Of a DNA stretch of 64,000 nucleotides, positions 1 to 12,464 are shown piece after piece. A model generated the notes under the pieces. The model saw nothing but the letters and a program-made list of their open reading frames with translations, was not told where the DNA came from and did no database searches. This stretch comes from the human T2T-CHM13v2.0 reference genome, Homo sapiens. Position 1 is the first letter of the stretch. Every line of letters begins with the position of its first letter. The stretch lies in NCBI RefSeq assembly GCF_009914755.1, contig NC_060939.1. The stretch is one strand, 5' to 3'. The translations under genes and the position numbers were made by a program.

Positions 1-3000
1 AGAATGCCTTGTATTTATGAGAGAGATTCTTCTAAAGGATGCCTCACATTTATAAGTGAATATCCCTGTAAAGATCACGGCTTATTCATCCTAAATTCCA
101 GACAAGAATATCCTACATTGGATTTGGTACAAGTTTATGATCCCAAAAGCATTAAGGTTAGCTCTGCTTAACATTTTATTTCTTAGCAGAACACTTTAGG
201 AATTCCGAGAGAGGATCGCCCAGCTCGATCAGGGTGTTACACTGCCCTTGGAGCATTGGGAAGATAAGATAACTGTGGAAATAAATGATAGAATGGACTG
301 AGCCCTTAGTGTTGCTGTGTTGTTTATCATACTTGTAAGACTGCAGCAATCAGAACATATGTATGCATTTTTCCCTTGAAACATCTTTTGAGTGGTAGTT
401 GTGTGAAACAATGATCTGTTGAATTTAATTCACAGATCAAAGAGGAAGGAAATTAACCAACACAGTAAATTGATTATTTCATGGGTGACATAACCAAGGC
501 AATGATTTATCTTAATAAAGGGCAACTTCCCTCTAGTTCTTAACTGAATTCCAGCCAACGCAATAATACTCGGCTGTTAATGACTTTGATGTTGATGTGG
601 AAAAGTGAATGACTGCATAATCACTGAAATGGGACCTCATCACAGTTGGAAATGTTTAAGCCAAATCATTTTGGACTGTGAAAAGAGCCCTGAGTGGTGG
701 ATATTGGCTGGGTACCAGATCTTCAGTCTTAACTAAACAGGGCCTGAAAACTTTATCATATTGCACTGCTCTGGCTGGACCATAACTCTGACAGCTCACA
801 GAGACTGGAGTTTAATATATATGTCTGTGGCCTCACAGAGGGAAGAAAGAATTCCAGGGCTTACAGCACCGATAATAAATACATGTCTATCAGCATTCAG
901 CTGAAAGTGTAATTAGTTAAATCCGTCTTTGGGAGAGGGAACAGAAGAAAGGAAACAGAAGTCAACTTAAAAAAAATTGAACCAAAAGCTTATTTTTATA
1001 CTCCACGTTACTAAATATGGCTTAAGAGCTTGCGAGACAGCGTTAGTCATAGATGGCAGCCTCCACCTCCTCCCCTCCTCCACTCTCCATCTCTAAATAA
1101 TAAAATGAACTAAAATTAGAGCTGCATTCAAGTATGTTTGCTTGATTATTATTATTTGAGTTTGAGCTGAGAAGTCTATGAGGAGAGGTAGCACCCTTGG
1201 GAATATAAGGGATTCCCTGGTGTCCACATTTTTTACTTCTAAATGGAGAAAAGGAAACCAGCTTTGGTCACAGCCCAATTGTCATCACCCAACCCAGTAG
1301 ATTTCCTCTTGGGCTAATCAGATGCTGGATAACATCAACTTCCTAGAGTTAAATTATTACATCCACGTATTATAATGCTAGTCTTCAGCAAGTGTCTCCA
1401 ACCCACCCCATTCTCCCCTAGTCTCCACCCTATTCACCCTCTTCACAACCTCCCACTGTCCCCAGATGCTCCTAAACATAAGTTTCAGGGACTTGTCCAA
1501 GTGAGCCTATACCAAGCTCTGCAGCCACAGCTTGGTGACCAGGACTTATAAGAACACAGCCATAGGCACAGCTTGAGGGGCACCAGACACTTGCCTGTTT
1601 AAATACCACAGAGCCCCCAGGCTCAAGAAACTCAAGATGTCTGATTCTGATCATTTATTTTAAAAAAAATCTGTCTTTAGGGGCAAGGATTGTTAAACTG
1701 CTCATCCAGGCCTGCAGCTGAGGTTTACTCAGAGCTCAAAGCTGGAAAATGCCCATGTGGCAAGATTAGAAACTCATTTGTGTGGTTTCTGTGGCCTTGC
1801 CGGGAGCCTCCTTCTTTTCTCTCCTCTCTCTTTAAATCCAAGCCTTCATCAGTTTATTATTTTAAAGGCACCCTTTTCCTGCTGAGTAAGTGACATGGCT
1901 GCATCCAGGCAGCTTTTCCCCAATGCATTAATGACCCTCGAAGATTTTATTCCTGTTCAGCAACCTACTTAGATGAGGTCATCTGGGAAACTTTCAAATA
2001 GTCTATACCTTTTCTTTTTTTTTTCTGCTCTTCTCAAACTGTTCTCCTCCATGTGCAAGAAATTCTTTTCTTTTATTCCCTCTCCTCAAATTCAATCTGA
2101 ATCCAAGTGCTTTTAATTTTTAGCTGCATTTTGCAAGCCTGGACTTTCAGGAATATATGTTATGAAAGCACTGAAAGAAAAGACTTTCTTGTCATCAAAA
2201 CCATAATAATTATGTGTCAAAGATAATTACTGCTTGGTGTGTAATACATCTAATACCAAGTGACAGAGAAAGTAGTCTACCGGCAGACAAGAGTAACTGC
2301 CGGCTGGCTGAAATCTGATATAAAATTAACCACCAGGCTCAAGCTCTCTGCCCACTGGAATTTCACCAGATAAAGGCCACCTCCACCCCCCAAAATAATT
2401 CTTAGCAATGGTTAGTTTATTTGTGTTCTTTGTTGGGAACTTTTTAAAGAAATGCTTATATTGGTATATGTGTAAAAATTAGTTGTGTCTCTCATAAAGA
2501 TATAAGACTGTATTCCAAATGCCCATGTTGCATATGCCATAGGGAGATTATCTGGAGAGTTGAATTGTTAATACAACAGCTAAGAACACAACGAAACTCT
2601 GGGAAGTAAGAATGAGAAGCTTTCAGAGATTGCTAGTAGTTTGGCTCCATAACACCTGAATTTAGAATCTAATACTTATATAGAAAACCAATGCATTGAA
2701 AGCAAAGCATTTAAGGATGTGAAGATGGACCACAACACTGCTGGAACAAAGGGAGGTAAAGAGAATCCTAGGGATGCTACCAAAGTAAAACGTGATGGTC
2801 CTTGGGAAATTTCCCTGAGTTGGGCTGGGAAACAACTATTAAAAAAAAAAAATCAAGCATGAGAATTCTGCTCAAAGGTTCCTTTTGGGCAACTTTATAG
2901 CCGAAGATAAGGGCCAACTTCCTTTTTTGATCAGTGATGCCCCTGGCACATTTCACCACGAGCAAAATCAGCTATGCCAAAGAAAAGCTGGCTTGAGCCC

Positions 3001-6000
3001 AGCAAAGGCAAATGGTGGTTAACAGCAGTCAGGGTTGCATGGTTTACGCATCATTTAGGATAGATCTAAATCTCACCTACCTCATCACAGCAAAAACTGT
3101 CTCCACAACAGCAGAAGGAGAGGCCAGAAACTTAGAAGAAGAACTGAGTTTTTGTGAACTGTTCCCTGATTAGCCGAAATAGCAAACAGGCCTGCAGACT
3201 CTCATCAGCTGGCAATGAATGGACTTGGGTGCACTTGGTACACAGAGGCAAAAATACAGACATTGATAGAAGACTTTAGTGACCCTCTGAGGTTCCTCTT
3301 TGTGAAGACTAAGACTAATCCAGCACAGCATTATCTCTAAGCCTTCAAATGAATCCTGTGAGTGCTTATCTAGTTCAAACTCATCTCCACCAAAAACCCT
3401 CCTAGTGCTTAATTGAAATAGTTCATTTTGATTTAGTGCTCAACAGCTTCTGTACCATTATAGCTGTTCTGCACCAGATAGGAATTCCTTTTTAACTTCA
3501 GGAGTTATGTTCTTTGAAAGTACTGAAATTGGAAAAACTACATTTGGCAAGGCTAAGAATCAGAAAATAATTAAACTGGTGTTAACTAGATATACCTAAT
3601 AATAATGAATAAAGTTTCTAGAAGGCACCTGGATGCAGGAAATTAAATTAATTAGCATTAGAAATCTCCTGTTGATAACCATTTATTTGTTTATGAAATA
3701 TAGCTTCATCATCCTGCCTAGCCGAGGCAGAGTGGCAAATTTTATGCAAGACACACTGTACCAACTCAAAAAAATTTTTAACCACTTCTCAATGGATAAA
3801 AATTCGATGCTCTTTGCACTTAGGCCCTCATTTTTAGTTTCACTGTTTCTGTGAAATTCTCATGTAACAGTCTATCCTTTTCCTAAGCATCAGCCTGCTT
3901 AAGGGCATATGTTACTGGTGGTCCCTCTCCACGATTTGAGAGGGTAGAGCATAAATAATTTCCCTCTGTGCCATTCTATAGACCCTAACACATGATCTGC
4001 TGGGGGGAATGGAGGGAGAGAGATGAACTGATTCGAACTGAACCTCGGGAGAAATATCGTTTTATATATATTTGGTATACAAATATAAAACTGTGCTGAT
4101 CTCAAATCTAAAATTGGTAAAGGAGTACAAATTTACCTTTCCTCTTCATCTCTAAGATTTTGAGATAGAAACTAATGTTGTCTTCCAATTTGGCTGTTAG
4201 CAAGAGCAATTGAGGATGGTGAAAAATAAAATGATGAGACATAAAAAGAATGACATGAAGTGTTCTCAGAAAATAAGAAAAATATTCATATTATTACTTC
4301 CATGCTAATGTGTTTAGGAATTTCTTCACAAAACGTAACAAGGTGTATTCCACTATACTGTCTCAATACAAACTACAGTTCTGAACTCACACTGCTTTTC
4401 TGCAGAATATTTATGAAATAGTTTGGATTGTTTTAAATATCTGACCAAAAAGTGTTATTTTTAACAAAAGAAAAAAATAAAATAGGCTTTTGAATATATG
4501 TATTGCATATATTTGTGAAAATATTAATATTATATAGACATTTTAAATATCACATCATCCAATAGCATTCTTAGTAAGCCATAATGTAACACAGAATTTT
4601 CGGTAGTGCTTAAAATGAAAGGTAATGGAGAAAATACACTATATAATTCAGAAACATAAACACACACAAGTAGAACAAAAATAATAAAATGACATTAACT
4701 AAAATAAATTCTTGACTTTTTATCACATGGATTATTTAAAATCTTAACAAATAAAGAATAACCACCAGCATACCTTATTAATTTTGTTGTATAAGGTATC
4801 CATATAGAGTCACCATGGTTAAGCTTCTCTAAACTACATCACTATGAGCCACTAATAGTAGATTTCTCTCTGGCAGTTAAAATAGCATTTAAATATTTTT
4901 CCCAGACATACATTTTTGTATAGTCTAATTCTCAATATACCAAGTTATTAGATGCCAATTCTCAATTTGTCAAGCATAAGGTATTATCTCTGTTGGGAGG
5001 CCGTGGCACGCTTTAGTGTTCTAGCACTCTTCCACCTACCTCGAGTGTGGATCCCCCAACAGGCTTCAGTGATTCATCATTCCTGGCATCCACTTCCTTG
5101 AGACATCTGATTGGATTGAAATGATGTAAAGAGAAAGAGAAAATATACAAACTGGAGAAATTCACAAAAAATATACAACTGGGTTTCTCTTGTTCTCGAT
5201 GTTACTAAAGAAGAGTTTTCAAATGAAACATATTTATCTTCAGCCACACACAAAAATAAATAACCTTGGAAAATTGTTAAAGAAAAGAAAAGCTGGCAAA
5301 CAATGCAAAAATGACAAATGGTTAAGATACTTGTTTTTACAAATCGGTGTCACAACACAGTGCAATATCATGGCTAGCATGTTTTGTGAATCTATGCCTG
5401 TCAATACATCATTCAATAAAGAGCAGCAGGGTTTTGGTTAGTGTCTTTGTTTTATTTCCAAGAAAGCAACAGCAATAGTCCTTGGAAGAAAAGTGAGAAA
5501 GTGACCAAGGCTGATGGGTATTGATTTGTCCCCTGCATTGAATGTCTAGGGAAGAAATGTGGGTGGTCCTGAAGCGTGACCTGGGCCACTCATTACTAAA
5601 GTGTCCTTTTAATGCTTTTCGTCTCTGATGTGAACTTTCAACTATCTGGTTTACCTACATTTAACTATCTCATGAGTTATAGGTAACCCTAGCATCTTCC
5701 TAAATTCCTTTAATTATTTTCAAGGATAAGAGGCTATACAGCTTGTGAAATATAAAAACTCCCTAAAGGTCAAAAAGGAGCTTTAAGTGTTAATAAAATC
5801 TTATGGGTTTTTAGTAGGAAAGGGTAGCACAGAGTACCTACTTAAACGGTCTATTTTTACTACCACTTTTCATCTTCACTTGGAAATGCTTTTGTTTAGA
5901 GTGATGTGAAATATCATCTAACCAGACAGCGACAGGAGCATTGATCTGCTTATCCTTGCAGTGAAATGAACATAGTTCCTCCATTCTCACACCCAAAACC

Positions 6001-7526
6001 TGAGCCAAATGGGTGAATGGCTCTGACAGGGAAAAGTGGGAGCTTCCCTGACTAATAGCTGAGATGCAAAGTATTTGAAAAAGAAATTAGAAGAATGCAT
6101 TATCTAGAGACATTTCCTGCCACCAAAACACTCCCTCTTAGGCCGATGACTGAGGAATCCCAGAAGGCATTCTCCCCTGGATGTGGCCTACATCAATGGC
6201 ACATTTCTGAATTGTCAGGCTGAAAGCCCATCAATAGTCGTAAGGAAAAGGATGTGTCCTCATTGGGGGTGTGTTGATGGATCTGATCCAGAACATGAGA
6301 GGTGATTCCTGGGTTACTTGGATGCTGGACGTATTTGGGTCTGGTGACGGTGCTTATGATTCTAAATCAAAACCATTCTCCCTGCTTCATTCAGCGCATT
6401 ACATAATACGAGTCGGGCTGTCTACATGCATAATTATCACTGCTCATGAGAAACAGGCCCAAAAGAATTCTCTGACCTTGTGCTGATAAATTGTGCTGAA
6501 GGAACGAGGGGCTCAGAACTGCCAGTGTCAGTTACAGTCTCTGAAAAATTAAGTTGGACTGAAGGAAAATCAAGCTTCTGCATGGCACATTTCTCAGTAG
6601 ACTGATACTCTAATCTATTGAAGTCTATTTCTCAGGACCCCAGTTCAAGCCCCACCTCTGCTCATCAGTCAGCACATCATTCCCAGCACTAAACAACATG
6701 CTTGTAATTTCCAACCTGGCTGGAATTAGCTCCTGAGAGGAGCAAGGAGGAGGAGTTGAGAGGGAAGACAGAAAGAAATGGTTCAAAAAAGTACTCTTTC
6801 TAAACCAGAAACATCTGCTACAGTCATAAATGGCTTTAAGTAGAAATCTGCGACAAGGGGTCCTCATAAAAGTAGAAAGAAATGAAGCCACCCCTCACTC
6901 AAAGTTCCCAGGTAACTGGAACAAGCGATATCACTATATATTAGAGCAAACCTTTGAACCTGTTTGGTGGCTGACACTTGGCATTTTGTATTTGGCTCCT
7001 ATTACAAAGAGCCATGTAGTACTAAGGACCTTTGTGTGTAGTCCTGAATGCCTGAAATGCTGGGGTGTGACTTGGCAACTTTACACATACTTGTCGTCAT
7101 CCATTCGTCTCAGTGAAGATCCCTCTTACTGTAATTCCTCAGAGAGCTTTTCTAGAAGAAGCAAGGAATGAACAGGATGCTCCTCTCCCTCAGCTCTGAT
7201 AAATTCTCACTCTAACTTAGAAGATGTTCATAAACATACAAAAAATTCGGAATGGACTATTACCAATATGAAAGAAATACCAGCTTTCTACCTCTTTGGT
7301 GTCTGTGTGTGTCTCTGTGTAGTTTAGAAAAGTCCTAACATGGACATTCTAGAAAGAAACTGTAAGATGCTCAGCCTTACTTGTCTTCTGCACACAGTCC
7401 TCCCAAACCTGCCTTGAGAAACCAAATAAAAAACTTTTTAATTAAAAAAAGCATCATGAATTCTAAACTAGTTTTGCTACCAGCACAGAAATGCTTTAGT
7501 GATATTTTTAATAAATTCAATCTTCA

Positions 7527-7564
7527 GACACACACATACAGACACACACACACACACACACACA
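7527..7564. repeat. Interrupted (CA)n microsatellite
   Basis: agacacacacatacagacacacacacacacacacacaca. Confidence 0.95.
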
Positions 7565-9619
7565 AACTCTCTTCCTGATTCACGTTTTGATTGAAATTTA
7601 GAGATGAATAGGGTTTAACTAACACTGAACCAAACATATTATATGTATTTGCCTGAATGAACGTGCTCAAAGAAATAACGAAGGACCTCAAAAGCAGTTG
7701 GAAGTTTAGTAGTAAAAATAGACATGACTTTGCCACAATTTTTATTACTGTAACAAATGTGGAATTACTAGGGACTAAAGAATAGGAAGAACAGAAAAAT
7801 AAACCAAGCTTCATTCAATCCAACCCTGGAAGTCTGAATAAGGTGAGTATTGCTTTGCTGTAAAATAGCTAGAGGAAAGGAAAGAGGGTAATATAGTGAA
7901 ATAAAGAGTTTCTTTAAAAGCAAACATCAAATTGCAACCACATCAATCATTCCTTGATCTTAAAAAAATAAATGAGTGCTTTTCTCCACAGTTGGAAATT
8001 TCATTACTTCTGTATGTTCTCTTCTTTGTTCATAAGCTGACTAAGAACTCCTGGAAGTTTTGCTTTCGTTTGGGAAGAGGGGTCAGATTTTTGATGGCCC
8101 CAAATGTACCCCAGGGATTCTGCCTCACGACTAAAGTTTTACTTATTTTTCCTTCTCTTCTTGGCTTTTTCTTGTGGGGGAACAATAAATATATCTTTCA
8201 AATATACCATTATAAAACAGGCTCCCTGCCGTGCTATAGTATCCAAAGAGTTACTCACATTATGGGGTCCTACTGAAATACAGATCTTTCAAACTCACAT
8301 CTAAAATGTCATTTGCACATGACTATTTTATTGCATAAGATGCAGTGGTGAGGCAAGCAAATGAGTTATTGTACTGAATTAAAAGACAGAAAAAAAAGAT
8401 GATAATCTTTTTTATATTTTGCCAAAAAAAAATACAAATTAACTATTGGCTGTTTCCCTTAAATATGCAGTCTCAGAAGCCAGAGGGAAGATTCAGAGAA
8501 CAAAAATGATTAATGAAAATGGTGCTAGGATTCCATAAAAAAAAGATGAAAATTCTGGAACTAATTAGCTCTGAAAGGAATACAGTAAGAGAAGCATCAC
8601 TTGGAAATGACTTTATAGCAAAAGTTCTTTCTAGAGAGCCCAGAGTGGAGGCAGAGAAAGAAAAAGGATAATAAATGATTCAGGTGAATGCAAGTCAGGT
8701 GTCTTTTCAGTGGTAACAAAACACATGTGGTAAAATTCGTGGGCTCTGAAACTCTTACTTTAGATACAGATGGGGTACCAGGAGACCTAAAATCAAGGTC
8801 CCTTCACATGAAATAACCTGCATGTACTGTATTTCTCTAAGACTATTTATGGTTGATGTTGACCTCTGAAATACTGTTCTACCGGGTTGTAGCACTCAAT
8901 TCAGGAATACCTTCAAATAAAGCAAGTAAACTATTTTAGATAAAGTAAAAGGCATACATGCCCTAAACTGAATTAGGCTCTCAACGAAACTCTACGTAAG
9001 TTAAGTATGCTCTAATTGTGTCTTGCTACACTGTGTGATTTGATTACAGAGGTAACTTGGAAAAAAAACACAGTAATTTCACTACTAAGGGATTTCTTGT
9101 TCACTTTTCCATTTCTGGGAATTTGATATGAAGATAGTAGTTCAGTAGAAGAGGAAGGGCAAATCACTTTCATTCTCCTGACACCTCTCACTCCGAACTC
9201 ATGTTCTGAGTTTGATCCTCTAGAATTTTGCCGGTCATCTATTCCCTGGAGTTGTTCTCCTTCCTTACTGTGGTCTGCAGAAAGCATGAAGTTCTGTTTT
9301 CATGGAGTAAAATTTCATTAAGTTTTGCACAAAATGGAGAAGTACAATGCAGAATATAAGCAAGTTAAATTTTTTCTGCCAACCTTCCTCATGGAATTTG
9401 TCACTGGCCAACTTTCTCCTTAAGCCCATTGCTGTCTGTGTCTCTAGAACCCTTTCCCATGTCATTCTTTCAGAGCCTACAGCCTTCAATTTTTTTGGTG
9501 GTCTTGTTATTTTTGTAATGTGTCAGATACTTTTGAAATACCTCCAAAACTTTCCCCTACATTTAGGCCATTCTTTCCTGTTTTTTTCTATCCCTGCCCA
9601 TGAATAATACTTAGCAACA

Positions 9620-10600
9620 AGACTGAAGTTAGGAAAGAAGAGACTCGGATATAAGAGAAGTCACAGCTATGAGGTAAGAGGAAGTATTAAAAATAAAAGT
9701 CTTGCTTCATCCAGCCCCGGAGGGCTGTGAGAAGAAAAAGTGGGAGGGAGCAAGAGAAGCTGGGGGTGAGAAAAGTGAGATCTCAACCTGGAAAGAAGAT
9801 GGTATATTTGAGAGCTTGATGAGAATATACAGCCCAAAGGACTCTGGGAGGAAACTAGTGCACAGATCCCACTGCCCCAAGCACACAATGGGGTGGTCAT
9901 ACAAAGTTAACCTGACAGCGATTGCACAGTAATTAGGCAATGGGGTTGCAGACTTTAACTTTACTGAGCCATTTCTGTTTCCTATATACTGTGGATGAAA
10001 CATAGAAAGCTTTAGGACAGGGGTCTCAGACAACAGCTGAGATGACAGCCAGCCAGATTCTCCGTGAGGTTCATCATGGCAGTTGGCTACAGCAGAATGA
10101 GGCCAGGCAGAGACTCAGAGGGTTCTGTGGTGTCAATAGAAACTACATTGAAGCTGCAATGAGGCCACATCAACCAGAAAGTCTCACTGGGTCCTGAACA
10201 ACAGACCCCCAGACCCGCAGACCTGTGGAATGCCACTTTAGCCAAGAAAGCCAACTGGGCAAGCAGCCACCAGAGAAATGAACATTTTCAGAGACAGAGG
10301 AGCTGGAGGACATCATGGGTCCAAGGACCCCTTTCCCTCAAGAATATGTTAGTGAGGCCACTCATACATTCAGACGCCATCTTGGGAAAGCGGAGGAAAG
10401 AGATGTGAAGGATCGAAGATGTATCCAAATGAAATGAAGAGATTGGACCGAATTTAGTCCCCTCCCCTTCTCATCCATTCACCTGTTTACCTAGCTGTGT
10501 GGAGGACAGGCAAAATAGATCAGCTAGCAATAAAATAAAGAATCTATGCTTCTCTCCATAGCTGTGTCTAGTATAAATAAGTTTTTCATATCTTACCATT
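9620..10600 (+). mobile_element. Probable ancient LTR relic (ERVL or Gypsy class), family not determined
   Basis: About 1 kb purine-rich block, more GC-rich than its flanks, ending in AATAAA near 10530 and a U5-like tail. Compositional judgement only. Confidence 0.35.
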
Positions 10601-10755
10601 TGTTATACGTAGAGTTTTGCATTCCCTACTTCCTTTTTTTTTTTTTTTTTAACAAATGTCCCCTTAAGAATTTTCTTAAACTAAACTGAAAACCTTTGAG
10701 GTTAGTGATGTCCCTTCCCCTCCCAATAACAGGGAAGCAAGATAGATATTTGTTA

Positions 10756-10828
10756 CCTTTCTTTTCCTCCCTCTCCCCTTCCCTCTTTCCCTTCCTCCCT
10801 TCATTTCTCTTTCTTTCCCCTTTTCTCA
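10756..10828. repeat. Polypyrimidine (CT-rich) low-complexity tract
   Basis: cctttcttttcctccctctccccttccctctttcccttcctcccttcatttctctttctttccccttttctc. Confidence 0.85.
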
Positions 10829-11996
10829 CTGTGCTTTTTTTTCTTAAGCTATTTTTTTACTTGTATGTAGGATAGTCTTATCATAAAGGAAGTATTTCAG
10901 TATTTTCTGGTATGGATCAGCCTTACAAAGAGGATCCAGGGCAAAGCTAGCAAATATATTGAATTTCCTTGTTCATCACACAGCATACTTGCTTATTCAT
11001 TTTTTAGTAGTGGCAAATACATTTTTGTAGCTATTTCATTTTTGTTATTTTAATACACAATAGGCATTTCAAAGACCAACATTAAATTAGTAACTAAGGA
11101 GACCCTTGAACTCTGTTCAGTTTATTAAAGCTATTCTATAAGCTTTCTCTATTCTATATCATTAATATACAAACATCCTATCGGACCCTAAAAGGATAAA
11201 AGGATACAATGACCTATTTCTAGGAACTCTGATTTTAGAGAACCAATGGGAGAATCTAAAACCCATATATTGATTTTCCTATATATACAATTTTAAGATT
11301 TAATAATAAGATAATCAAACTTAAATATCATCAGAGTACCTCTGGCTGTCTTTCCTTTCTCTCCCCCACATTTTTACTTCTGCCCATATAGGACTGAAAG
11401 GCTTCAATGCTTCCTTTTCACTGTTTCATTAGGAAAGAACTCACCTGCTCTTGCTGCCTGTGACACAATAAAACTTTTGTTTCCAAATATTGGCAACTTA
11501 GCTAGACAAAGCCAGCATTATGTTCGCTAAATATCAATGCTTTTTGAAGGAAATTAGCTTCTGGGTTTTTATTTTGTTTTGTTTTGTTTTTACAACTACC
11601 TTATATTTACATCACACATTTCCCTGAATGCCACGAAGTGATTTACAGGTGTTAACTGATTCATACTTACAAAGAAGTTGGTGGAAGACACAATATTTTG
11701 GTCCCAATGTTAGAAATAAAATTACAGAGAGGTCATCAGTTGCATGAAGTCAGAAAAGTGGCAGAAATAAAAATCTGAGGCTTGCATCACAATTTGTCTT
11801 CATTCACTCACTCTCCAGAATGGCATGATATAGAAAAAGTAAGAGACCAAATTGTCAGATTTGGCACTAACTAACTTAGCCTTACTGGACCCCCGTTTCC
11901 TATTTCTGAGAAATTTTTCTGAAATTTTAAGTGCTGGAGTATTGAGTTTGGAAGCCCACTAAATTCAAAAGTGGCCATTATGTTTATTCAGCTAAG

Positions 11997-12050
11997 CATA
12001 TATTTACATACATATATACATATACATATACATATACACATACACACACA
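11997..12050. repeat. Compound (TA)/(TACA)/(CA) microsatellite
   Basis: catatatttacatacatatatacatatacatatacatatacacatacacacaca. Confidence 0.9.
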
Positions 12051-12136
12051 TTTATTTAATTCCATTAAGGTGAAATTCTACTTTCTCTTTCTCTTTTAAA
12101 AACAAAGGCTATTTGGTTGTATTAAGAATCAGCACA

Positions 12137-12464
<328 letters not shown>

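Noticed and set aside
187-275. Acceptor-like site followed by a CpG-containing short frame
   Set aside because: All frames close within about 30 codons, there is no convincing donor, and no peptide is recognisable.
4990-5062. GC-rich 73-nt segment with complementary ends (ctgttggg...cccaacag)
   Set aside because: The inner pairing is irregular and does not fit tRNA, Y RNA, pre-miRNA or HDV-like ribozyme architecture. Such stems occur by chance in 64 kb.
7089-7101. gatgacgacaag (DDDK, FLAG/enterokinase-like) on the minus strand
   Set aside because: Only 12 nt, with no DYK codons and no vector context. Coincidence, not a synthetic insert.
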